Shown: one piece after another, positions 1 to 7,844 of the stretch
Layout of the letters: each line of letters starts with the position of its first letter
Numbering within the stretch: the first letter of the stretch is position 1
Source: Eubacteriales bacterium
Lineage (GTDB): Bacteria > Bacillota > Clostridia > Oscillospirales > CAG-272
Reading direction: 5' to 3'
DNA: 64,000 nt
Assembly (NCBI GenBank): GCA_045576315.1
Contig: JAZNGE010000003.1
Span: forward strand, 92,070 to 156,069
Notes under the pieces: model-generated
Told to the model about the DNA's origin: nothing
Seen by the model: the letters and a program-made list of their open reading frames with translations, nothing else
Databases searched by the model: none
Translations under genes and position numbers: made by a program

Positions 1-2502
1 GGCAATCAGATCAACTTTGCCGAGATCCTTAAGACCAAAAAGGCTATCGTGCTTAACTTCTGGTATACCACCTGCTCCTACTGCTTAAAGGAGTTCCCCT
101 ATATCCAGGACGCTTACGATCTCTATTCCGATAATATCGAGGTCATCGCAGTTAACGACTATGCTGACGACGACAACAACGACGTAAAGAATTTCAAAGA
201 GCAGTACGGCTATACCTTCCCTATGGTGAAGGATAATGCAGGCCTTTACAATGCTTGCGGCTTTACCGTTGCTCCCTGTACTGTGGTTATCGACCGTTAC
301 GGTATGATCACCGTTATGGAGGCGGGCGCGATCCTCGGTACAAGATATTGGACTAACCTCTTTGACTATCTTCAGTCACCTACCTACGACCAGAGAATTC
401 TTGAGTCCATAATGCAGCTCTCTCCCACCATCAAGCCCGATGTTGAGATGGAGTCCTCCGACGTCATCGCGGGCGCGATAAATAAGGATGATGACCTCAA
501 GGTCACCTACCATCCCGAGACCAACCCCAAGGATGCCGAGTACTCCTGGCCCTTCGTTACCACCACCAAGGGCGGTGTAACCTGTATCAAGCCCTCAAAC
601 CAGGGTATCGATTCCTCTTACGCAACCATCTACGCTACCGTCGAGCTTAAAGCAGGCGAGGCGTTTATGTTCGATTATCTTTCTTCCACCCAGTCCGATG
701 ACGTAAACGGCTACTACGACATTCTCTACGTTATAGTAGACGGCAACGACATCTGCTCCATTAAGGGCGCAGACAATATCGAGCAGTGGAAAAAGTGCTG
801 CGCATTCGTAGCGACCAAGGACGGCACCTACGAGATCGCTCTTTGCTACGTTAAGGATTCCAGCGAGGGCGAGGGCAACGTTGACGACGCCGTTTATATC
901 ACAAACGTTCGCACCGTTGCAGCCGCAGACGTTGACGTAGAGTCCTACATCTACCGCGAGGCAGCAACCGATATGAAGGAGGACCACTCCGGCTACAACA
1001 CCTACGTAGACATCGTGCTTGGTGCGGACGGCTACTACCACGTTGGCACGCCTGACGGCCCCATTCTTATTGCAAAGCTTATCGATTACAGCAACTTTGA
1101 GTCGGATAACTACGTTTCTTACAGACTCTACAATCTTCCCCAGGATAGAGTGTTCAAGGTTACCGACGCTTACGGTAATACCGTAAATAAATTTAATCAT
1201 CTTGAGCTTTACTGCTCCTACGCTTCCAATGCTTCTATGTACGGCTTGTGTCCCGTAACTCACGAGCTTAAGACTCTGCTTGAGGCATACGTTGCTATGT
1301 TTGCGAATGAGGCAGGTAAGATACCTGAGGAAAATATGTGGATGCAGCTTTGCATCTACTACGATGCTTACGGCACAAACGGCAAGCAGCTTGAGGACCC
1401 CATCAAGGGACTTTCCTCCTTCTCCGCATTTGATGCCGAGCTTTCTACCGAGAATAACAAGGTATACAACGAGGTTACCTATAATAGAGTAATCATGCCT
1501 CGCGGATACTTCTACAAGTTTACTCCCACCACCTCGGGTGTTTACCGCGTTCTTTCCCAGAGCGTATATGAGGTTAACGGCTGGATCTTCCAGGGCAGCC
1601 ACGACATCTGGGCAATAACCGGTGACAGAGGATCGGGCATAATTGCTGACAGCGACCAGGCAGAGCGTTTCGTGCCCCAGCTTCTCGTTGATACCAACAA
1701 CGACGGCAAGCTCGAGTTTGATACCAAAAACTGCACCATCGTTGCATACCTTGAGGCAGGCGTTGATTACTACATCGATATCGCATTCTACGACACCTAC
1801 CAGTTCGGCTCGTTTACCTTTACCGTTGAATACGTTGGCGAGACCTTTGACGTCTTCAAGATGGCAAGCCCCGGACCCTTCACTTACGAGGAGACTCCCG
1901 ACGGCTCTATCGGCAATACCATTCACGGCGGTATCGAGGTAGCTCTCGGCTCTGACGGCTACTATCACCACAAGCTTGGTGTTGATAATGACGGTAATGA
2001 CATTCTCGGCTCTATCATTTATGCCGACTTCATCATGACCACCAGCCCCTTCCCCACGCAGAACATCCAGCAGCTTATCGAGAGAGGTGCGTTTGATTTC
2101 TCCAAGACCGAGCGCGATCTTGAGGCTATTATCCTTGCCGAAAAGTATATAAACGGCAACGATTACTCCGCGCTTCGCACCTATTGGGGCGATGACTTTG
2201 AGGCTAACTGGGAGCTCTACCAGATGGACGATATCCTTCTCGGCATCTATCACGGCAACGGACAGGATTACACCGCCGAAATGCAGCAGATCTTCGATGC
2301 ATCTATCGAGTATACCGATGAGTCCAAGACCGATATCGTATACCCCGAGGGTCACCCCGAGCTTCAGGGCTGCGTAGCAGTAACCGAGGAGCTTGCCGCG
2401 ATGCTTCAGCTTCTTATGGATAAGTTCACCTTCAACGGAGTTGAAGATTCCTGGGTCAAGCTTTGCTATTACTACGAAACTCTCGGTGCTACCGCAGAGT
2501 AA
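1..2502 (+). CDS. 5'-truncated large extracytoplasmic protein with a TlpA/redoxin (thioredoxin-fold) domain and two copies of an uncharacterised repeat domain
   Basis: Frame 1 is open from base 1 (GNQINFAEILKTKKAIVLNFWYTTCSYC), so the true start lies upstream. NFW..CxxC and 'PCTVVIDRYG' are TlpA-like motifs; DGYYH...W..LC.YY occurs twice. Confidence 0.75.
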   Translation, partial: GNQINFAEILKTKKAIVLNFWYTTCSYCLKEFPYIQDAYDLYSDNIEVIAVNDYADDDNNDVKNFKEQYGYTFPMVKDNAGLYNACGFTVAPCTVVIDRYGMITVMEAGAILGTRYWTNLFDYLQSPTYDQRILESIMQLSPTIKPDVEMESSDVIAGAINKDDDLKVTYHPETNPKDAEYSWPFVTTTKGGVTCIKPSNQGIDSSYATIYATVELKAGEAFMFDYLSSTQSDDVNGYYDILYVIVDGNDICSIKGADNIEQWKKCCAFVATKDGTYEIALCYVKDSSEGEGNVDDAVYITNVRTVAAADVDVESYIYREAATDMKEDHSGYNTYVDIVLGADGYYHVGTPDGPILIAKLIDYSNFESDNYVSYRLYNLPQDRVFKVTDAYGNTVNKFNHLELYCSYASNASMYGLCPVTHELKTLLEAYVAMFANEAGKIPEENMWMQLCIYYDAYGTNGKQLEDPIKGLSSFSAFDAELSTENNKVYNEVTYNRVIMPRGYFYKFTPTTSGVYRVLSQSVYEVNGWIFQGSHDIWAITGDRGSGIIADSDQAERFVPQLLVDTNNDGKLEFDTKNCTIVAYLEAGVDYYIDIAFYDTYQFGSFTFTVEYVGETFDVFKMASPGPFTYEETPDGSIGNTIHGGIEVALGSDGYYHHKLGVDNDGNDILGSIIYADFIMTTSPFPTQNIQQLIERGAFDFSKTERDLEAIILAEKYINGNDYSALRTYWGDDFEANWELYQMDDILLGIYHGNGQDYTAEMQQIFDASIEYTDESKTDIVYPEGHPELQGCVAVTEELAAMLQLLMDKFTFNGVEDSWVKLCYYYETLGATAE

Positions 2503-2517
2503 AAATAAGACTTTCAG

Positions 2518-2549
2518 CTTATGCGGCGCGACTATTCGTGCCGCATAAG
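2518..2549 (+). promoter_or_regulatory. Intergenic stem-loop (possible mRNA stabiliser or processing site)
   Basis: CTTATGCGGCGCGA-CTAT-TCGTGCCGCATAAG inverted repeat without a U-tract, between co-directional genes. Confidence 0.5.
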
Positions 2550-2567
2550 TCAAAATAGGTACAGAAT

Positions 2568-4187
2568 ATGAAAAAGCTTAATAAAATCAAGGCACTTGCA
2601 CTCGTGCTGGTGCTTGCGACCGTGGCACTCCTCGCTTGCTCATGTGGCGACGAGCCGCCCGTTACTCCCCCCGACACCCACGTAACCTACACGCTTAACG
2701 TGGTCGATTACGCAGGCAACGCGGCGGACGTCGTTGCCGTCGTTGAGTTCTATAAGGGCGACGAGGTCGTTGCTACCAAGCGTCTTTCCGACGAGGGTAA
2801 AGCAAGCTTCGAGGCGCTTCCCGGCGACTACGTTGCCGAAATATCATTCCCGAATATTGAGTATTCCTACGATAAGTCCGAAGCGGTTTTCACCGCCGAG
2901 AAAACTACGGCTACCGTTGTTATTTACGACGTTCCCGGCGCTTCCCATACCATATATGCTCCCCCTATTTCGCACAGCGACTCCGACGAGGACGGAAAGT
3001 GCGATTGGTGCTTTGAGGTCATGGCAGACGGAGTGTGCGAGGGCAGCTCCGAATACGATGCCAAGTCGGTCTTCGTAGGTGCGACCTACGTTACTATCGA
3101 CCGTGCCGAGATGTCATATTTCCTCTTCACGCCCCAAACGAGCGGCATATACCGATTCTCCTGTAAGGGAGAGGGCGTATCCCTCGGCTACTATGGCGGT
3201 ATTCACTACATACAGTCACAGAATCTTGCCGAGGTTGTTGACGGTGCGTTTGAGATAACCGTTTCCGACGGCGGTATCAATACCGGCTCGGGCGGCACTA
3301 CGCAGTTCGTCCTCGGTGTAAGCTCCACCGCGCTCAAAAACGCGATTATCGTTATCGAGCGCGTTGGCAACTACGTTCCCGAGATGGGATATACCGACAT
3401 TCACCCCGCAAAGCCGCTTACCAAGGTCGATAATCTTCTCAACAACTCTCTTGTTGATCTCGATATCACCGATCCCACCCTTACCGTAGTTTATAACGAA
3501 TCCGACGGCTACTACCACCTTGGTACCGCCGACGGTCCGGTGGTTCTTATAAAAATATCCGCAGCCGGAAACTCCCACCTTCCTAACCTTATGCTCCCGT
3601 CCTTCGTCACCATTTGCGAAACCGACAGAATGGTGTACTACGTCTATGACGATGACGGCACTCTTGTCAGGAAGGAAAGCTACAATACTCTTATAGAGGA
3701 GTATGCAGCCGCCTGCGGCTCAAAGGGTGTTATCCCTATGGATAAGACCATCGCTGATGCTATCAAAAATACCGGTGCGCACCGCGATTGGTGGAGCGGA
3801 ATGATCTTCGGTGACGATGCTATGTCGGTCGTAACCGAAAACGCTTGGCTCTTCGCATGCTGCTATGAGGTCGACGGAAATATCGGTACTGAACAGTCAC
3901 CTATAACCGTAACCCCCGTATCCGAGGAGGATAAGCAGGACCTTGCCGTGCTTGTTAAAAACGGCGCTCTTCTGAACGTACTCGTCAGCACCACCAAGGG
4001 TACTGTCACCCTGACTGCTACCGAGGGCGTTACCGTTATTTACGAGGGTGTCGAATATACTCCCGACGAAAACGGTAAGATAACCGTCAACGTTAATCCT
4101 AACGTTATGTTCGGTATCGTTTATACGTCCGCCGATACAGATAGCACCGTAGTGCATTTCACTTGTGTGACCTACTCGGCATCTTAA
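2568..4187 (+). CDS. Lipoprotein of unknown function, sharing a domain with the upstream protein
   Basis: Signal peptide with lipobox (ALLAC/SC); HSDSDEDGKCDWC motif; DGYYHLGTADGP...ENAWLFACCY domain. Confidence 0.8.
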   Translation: MKKLNKIKALALVLVLATVALLACSCGDEPPVTPPDTHVTYTLNVVDYAGNAADVVAVVEFYKGDEVVATKRLSDEGKASFEALPGDYVAEISFPNIEYSYDKSEAVFTAEKTTATVVIYDVPGASHTIYAPPISHSDSDEDGKCDWCFEVMADGVCEGSSEYDAKSVFVGATYVTIDRAEMSYFLFTPQTSGIYRFSCKGEGVSLGYYGGIHYIQSQNLAEVVDGAFEITVSDGGINTGSGGTTQFVLGVSSTALKNAIIVIERVGNYVPEMGYTDIHPAKPLTKVDNLLNNSLVDLDITDPTLTVVYNESDGYYHLGTADGPVVLIKISAAGNSHLPNLMLPSFVTICETDRMVYYVYDDDGTLVRKESYNTLIEEYAAACGSKGVIPMDKTIADAIKNTGAHRDWWSGMIFGDDAMSVVTENAWLFACCYEVDGNIGTEQSPITVTPVSEEDKQDLAVLVKNGALLNVLVSTTKGTVTLTATEGVTVIYEGVEYTPDENGKITVNVNPNVMFGIVYTSADTDSTVVHFTCVTYSAS

Positions 4188-4231
4188 TTCCGACAAAATA
4201 TAACAAAACAACACCATGGAGGTAAAAAACA

Positions 4232-4939
4232 ATGAATTTTAAGAAGATTTTGAGCCTCGTCCTTGCGCTTTCTATGGTTCTTTCACTCGGATTGATCCTT
4301 GCTTCCTGCGGCGGTGACACCGAATGCACCGAGCATACCGATGCAAACTCCGATGGCAAGTGCGATACCTGCGGCGCAGCAGTAGAGACCGAGGGCGGCG
4401 ACGATAAGACCGCATACACAGTTATCCTTAAGGATGCAAACAACCAGCCCGTTGCAGGCGCAACTCTCACTCTTGCAACCCGCGGCTTCACCTCTGAAAC
4501 TCTTACCACCGACGCCGAGGGCAAGGCTACCGCTTCTCTTAAGGCTGTCGGCTACGTAAAGGCAAAGGTTCTCACCGTTCCCGACGGATACGTTCTTCCT
4601 ACCGCTGCCGTAGAGTTTGACGAGGGTAGCACCGAGCTTACCATCTCCGTTGCGCTCGATACAAGAATAGCTCACACCATAACTCTCGTTGACAGCGAGG
4701 GCAACGCAATTTCCGACGTTTACGTTCAGATCTGTGAGGGAGAGACTTGCCATACTCCTGTTAAAACCGATGCCAATGGAAAAGCGGTTATCCGCTTTGA
4801 TCCTACCGGTAAAGAATTGAAGGCCAAGGTTACAGTTCTGCCTGCAGGTTACACATATCCCGCAGATGCTGACTCCGAGGGCTATATCCACGTATCGGCA
4901 GGTACTACCGAAATCACACTTACTCTTATTGCACAATAA
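4232..4939 (+). CDS. Lipoprotein with two prealbumin-like/carboxypeptidase-regulatory-like beta-sandwich repeats
   Basis: RBS GGAGG; lipobox LASC; HTDANSDGKCDTC motif; two 'V.L.D..N.PV.G..........TD..GKA' repeats. Confidence 0.8.
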   Translation: MNFKKILSLVLALSMVLSLGLILASCGGDTECTEHTDANSDGKCDTCGAAVETEGGDDKTAYTVILKDANNQPVAGATLTLATRGFTSETLTTDAEGKATASLKAVGYVKAKVLTVPDGYVLPTAAVEFDEGSTELTISVALDTRIAHTITLVDSEGNAISDVYVQICEGETCHTPVKTDANGKAVIRFDPTGKELKAKVTVLPAGYTYPADADSEGYIHVSAGTTEITLTLIAQ

Positions 4940-4951
4940 GAAACACAAAAT

Positions 4952-4990
4952 AAAAAATGCGTTCCAAGCGGAACGCATTTTTTATTTTTT
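4952..4990. terminator. Bidirectional rho-independent terminator
   Basis: AAAAAATGCGTTCC-AAGC-GGAACGCATTTTTT between convergent genes. Confidence 0.85.
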
Positions 4991-6567
4991 TACTGATTTA
5001 ATTCGCCATCGATCACCGACTTTAATTCGTCGTAGGTGACCTCGTGCATGAATTTTGCGATTATTATGCCTTCATCATCGAGTATGAGGGTGATGGGATA
5101 TGTGCCGGGGCCGCCGAGCATCGTGTAATACTCATCAGCATTGACGCCAGTCATCGCCTCGTCTTTGCCAAAAATCATATCGGAATCCGGATAATTATCA
5201 AGCACATACTGAGAAGCTGTTTCGAAAAGCATATCCGTGTGTATTGCGACCACGGTCACGTTATCCTTATACTCGGTTGCTATCTGATCAAAGTAGGGTA
5301 GCTCTGCCATACAGCCGGGACACCACGTGCCCCAGAAATTGATAACGGTTATCTTGCCGTGATTGTTAGCGGGGTTGAATATCTCGCCCGTCAAGCCGTT
5401 TTCGTCAAAGAGCTTGATGTCGTAGCCGTAGCATGCCGCACCGACAACGTTTCCGATAGGCGAGTCGCACTCGTCACAGGTGCCGTCGCCGTCTTTATCG
5501 ACGTGCAGGGTGTGCGCATCCTTGTAAATGAAGTTGTAGTAAACCAGCGCCGAGCCCAAAAGCGCAACCGCAAGCACTGCCGCAACTATCTTAACGATAA
5601 GATTGCGCTTCTTTACCTTCTCGCGTTTCTCTGCGATAAGCTGCTTTTCGCTCTCGTCAAGGGGTGCGCCCTTCTTCTTTTCCTCGTCTATCTCGTTAGG
5701 GGGCAGGAATATCTTACTGCCGCGCCAGGTGATAGCGTTTGTGGGGCAGACCTCAAGACACTCGCCGCAGTTGATACACTCGTGGTCGCCAACGTGGGTG
5801 ATGTCCATTTGACATTTATTGATACATTTTCCGCAATCTATGCACTTCGGCTTTTCAAGCTTGATGCCGAGAATCGCGAACTTGTTGAATATGCCGTAAA
5901 GTGCGCCGAGCGGGCAGAAGAAACGGCAGAAGAAACGGTAGATGAATATGCACGCCGCAATAAAGCTTACGAGCAATGCAAACTTCCATGTGAAGAGCGG
6001 GCCGAGCATACCAAGGCTTGATTCGTTGACCTTGTTTGAGAGAAGTCCCATAGCACCCTCAAGCGTTCCCGCAGGGCAGATGTACTTACAAAAAGCAGGC
6101 AGAGGCACGTTGCGAAGACCGTAAAGTATCGGCACGATAACTACAAGGAAAACAAGTAGCACGTACTTAAGATACGATAGCACCTTCGTCACTCTGTTCT
6201 TTTTGAGCTTGGGTGTCGGAATCTTATGTAAAAGATCCTGTATAAGACCGAATGGGCACAAAAAACCGCATATCGTACGTCCTAAAATGATACCGTACAG
6301 CATTATTATGCCGATCACGTAGTAGGGCGCACGCTTGCCGGATGAGGCAAATGCGTTCTGTAAAGCACCCAAAGGACACGCACCCGAAGCACCGGGACAG
6401 GAGTAGCAGTTAAGACCGGGTGTACAGATATTTTTGAGCGGACCCTTGTATATCTGACCGGTGATAAAGCCCTTCACTTGCGCGTTGAAGAGCAGGGCAC
6501 AGTACAGCTGAATAAGACGTCTTTTTGATGGGAGTATCGATTTGATCCTTGCAAAAAACTTTTTCAC
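4990..6567 (-). CDS. NapH/FixG-like polytopic 4Fe-4S-binding membrane protein fused to a C-terminal TlpA/redoxin domain
   Basis: CxxxCP motifs (GRTICGFLCPFG, FCKYICPAG, FFCRFFCPLG); two ferredoxin motifs CIDCGKCINKC and CINCGECLEVCP; a TM helix; then INFWGTWCPGC and YPITLILD. Confidence 0.85.
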   Translation of the reverse strand: MKKFFARIKSILPSKRRLIQLYCALLFNAQVKGFITGQIYKGPLKNICTPGLNCYSCPGASGACPLGALQNAFASSGKRAPYYVIGIIMLYGIILGRTICGFLCPFGLIQDLLHKIPTPKLKKNRVTKVLSYLKYVLLVFLVVIVPILYGLRNVPLPAFCKYICPAGTLEGAMGLLSNKVNESSLGMLGPLFTWKFALLVSFIAACIFIYRFFCRFFCPLGALYGIFNKFAILGIKLEKPKCIDCGKCINKCQMDITHVGDHECINCGECLEVCPTNAITWRGSKIFLPPNEIDEEKKKGAPLDESEKQLIAEKREKVKKRNLIVKIVAAVLAVALLGSALVYYNFIYKDAHTLHVDKDGDGTCDECDSPIGNVVGAACYGYDIKLFDENGLTGEIFNPANNHGKITVINFWGTWCPGCMAELPYFDQIATEYKDNVTVVAIHTDMLFETASQYVLDNYPDSDMIFGKDEAMTGVNADEYYTMLGGPGTYPITLILDDEGIIIAKFMHEVTYDELKSVIDGELNQ

Positions 6568-6572
6568 TCAAA

Positions 6573-7364
6573 TCACCCCATTCCTATACACTCGGTGCAT
6601 ATACGCACAGCCTTTTGCAGTACGTCGTTCATACCGCCGTTCGTTATGCCGAGTATTATGAACACTATCGCGATCACGGGGATCACGCACCTTGCAATAA
6701 GTGTAATTTTTTTGGTGAGCAGACATTCCTTTTTTGCCTCGCCGCTAACCTTGATACCGTCCTTTGCGAGCCGTACGGTAGCATCCTTAATATATTGTAT
6801 CTCACGCGCTCTGCTCGCGTCCATAAAGAATGAAACTACAAGCGCGTATACAAGCGATTGAAGGAAGTATGCAAAAACCACGACTATCGCGGTCGCGACC
6901 TCTTCGTTTACGTCCTCGTAGGGAAATCTTCCGGGAGTAAGCACGTAAATAAGCGAGAATACGGTAGAGAGCAGTATGACCGCCGCGCCGCCGTATACGA
7001 GTATACGTCTTACAAGTCTTTCTCTCTCTATTTTTGCGCGCTCCTCTGCCGTGCATACAGCAAGAGGACATCTTGCGCTAAGGCGCGAGAGTGTCATTGA
7101 CATAGGCGCGCCGCCTTTGTTAGTTATATTGTAGGGAAGGGCAAGCTTCAATACGATCGCACCCAAGATTGCCGCCAGAGTAACGTATACTGCGGGAGCT
7201 ATTTTTCTGAACGCCGTGCCTATACTTTCACGTGTAAAGGGGCGGTCTCCGCTGTTGTAAATGCAGATGCACGATGCTATGAAAAGTATGGCGCACACGG
7301 CCAGCAGTGCGCTCAATACGCACGCATAGATCAGGTGGATCCGCTTTATTTTGCTTTCATTCAT
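6573..7364 (-). CDS. Multi-pass membrane protein with a C-terminal CD1871A-family CxxC module
   Basis: About 5 hydrophobic segments; ends GITNGGMNDVLQKAVRICTECIGMG; directly upstream of the 4Fe-4S gene. Confidence 0.7.
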   Translation of the reverse strand: MNESKIKRIHLIYACVLSALLAVCAILFIASCICIYNSGDRPFTRESIGTAFRKIAPAVYVTLAAILGAIVLKLALPYNITNKGGAPMSMTLSRLSARCPLAVCTAEERAKIERERLVRRILVYGGAAVILLSTVFSLIYVLTPGRFPYEDVNEEVATAIVVVFAYFLQSLVYALVVSFFMDASRAREIQYIKDATVRLAKDGIKVSGEAKKECLLTKKITLIARCVIPVIAIVFIILGITNGGMNDVLQKAVRICTECIGMG

Positions 7365-7454
7365 ATAGAAAAGCGTAGTCCTTTCGTTTTTATATGGCGG
7401 TCAGGTATCCGCGCACCAAAGATGGAGATGCACCCGTCCGACCGCGTAAAATTC

Positions 7455-7483
7455 ATTATAACATAAAAAGAAGGCAAAGTCAA
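7455..7483 (-). promoter_or_regulatory. Sigma-A promoter for the CxxC / 4Fe-4S-TlpA operon
   Basis: Minus strand TTGACT-17bp-TATAAT with TG extension. Confidence 0.65.
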
Positions 7484-7741
7484 TAGAGTTGTTTATAATG
7501 TGTCGAATATAAGCGAACAAAAATGAAGGTTTGTCACTTTAAAATTTCAAAAATCACCATTCAAACCTCACACGTGTGAATTTAATTAATATGAAATTGA
7601 ATATTTGTACAGCGCATTCCCGTCATTTTCCGCATTTTGAAAGAATAGTGAACATAAATTGCAAAAAACGCCCCAAAACCGCGGATTTTGCGGCTTAAAT
7701 GTTAATATTTGATTTTGCGCAGACAAAAACTAAAAAAACTC

Positions 7742-7770
7742 TTGCATTTTTCGCGAAAATATGCTAGAAT
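7742..7770 (+). promoter_or_regulatory. Sigma-A promoter for the protease-opp operon
   Basis: TTGCAT-17bp-TAGAAT with TG extension. Confidence 0.55.
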
Positions 7771-7844
7771 AATAAACGCGTGTCTATGCGCCTCAATATT
7801 GTTATTAAAAAAATTAGCATAAACCCAGAAAGGTAACACATTCC

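Noticed and set aside
595..2553. Long antisense ORFs (also 9834-10985, 12957-15149, 16720-18846, 20821-22665, 28324-29583, 58446-60263)
   Set aside because: They mirror well-supported sense genes, lack recognisable motifs, and are expected when TTA/CTA/TCA codons are rare on the coding strand.
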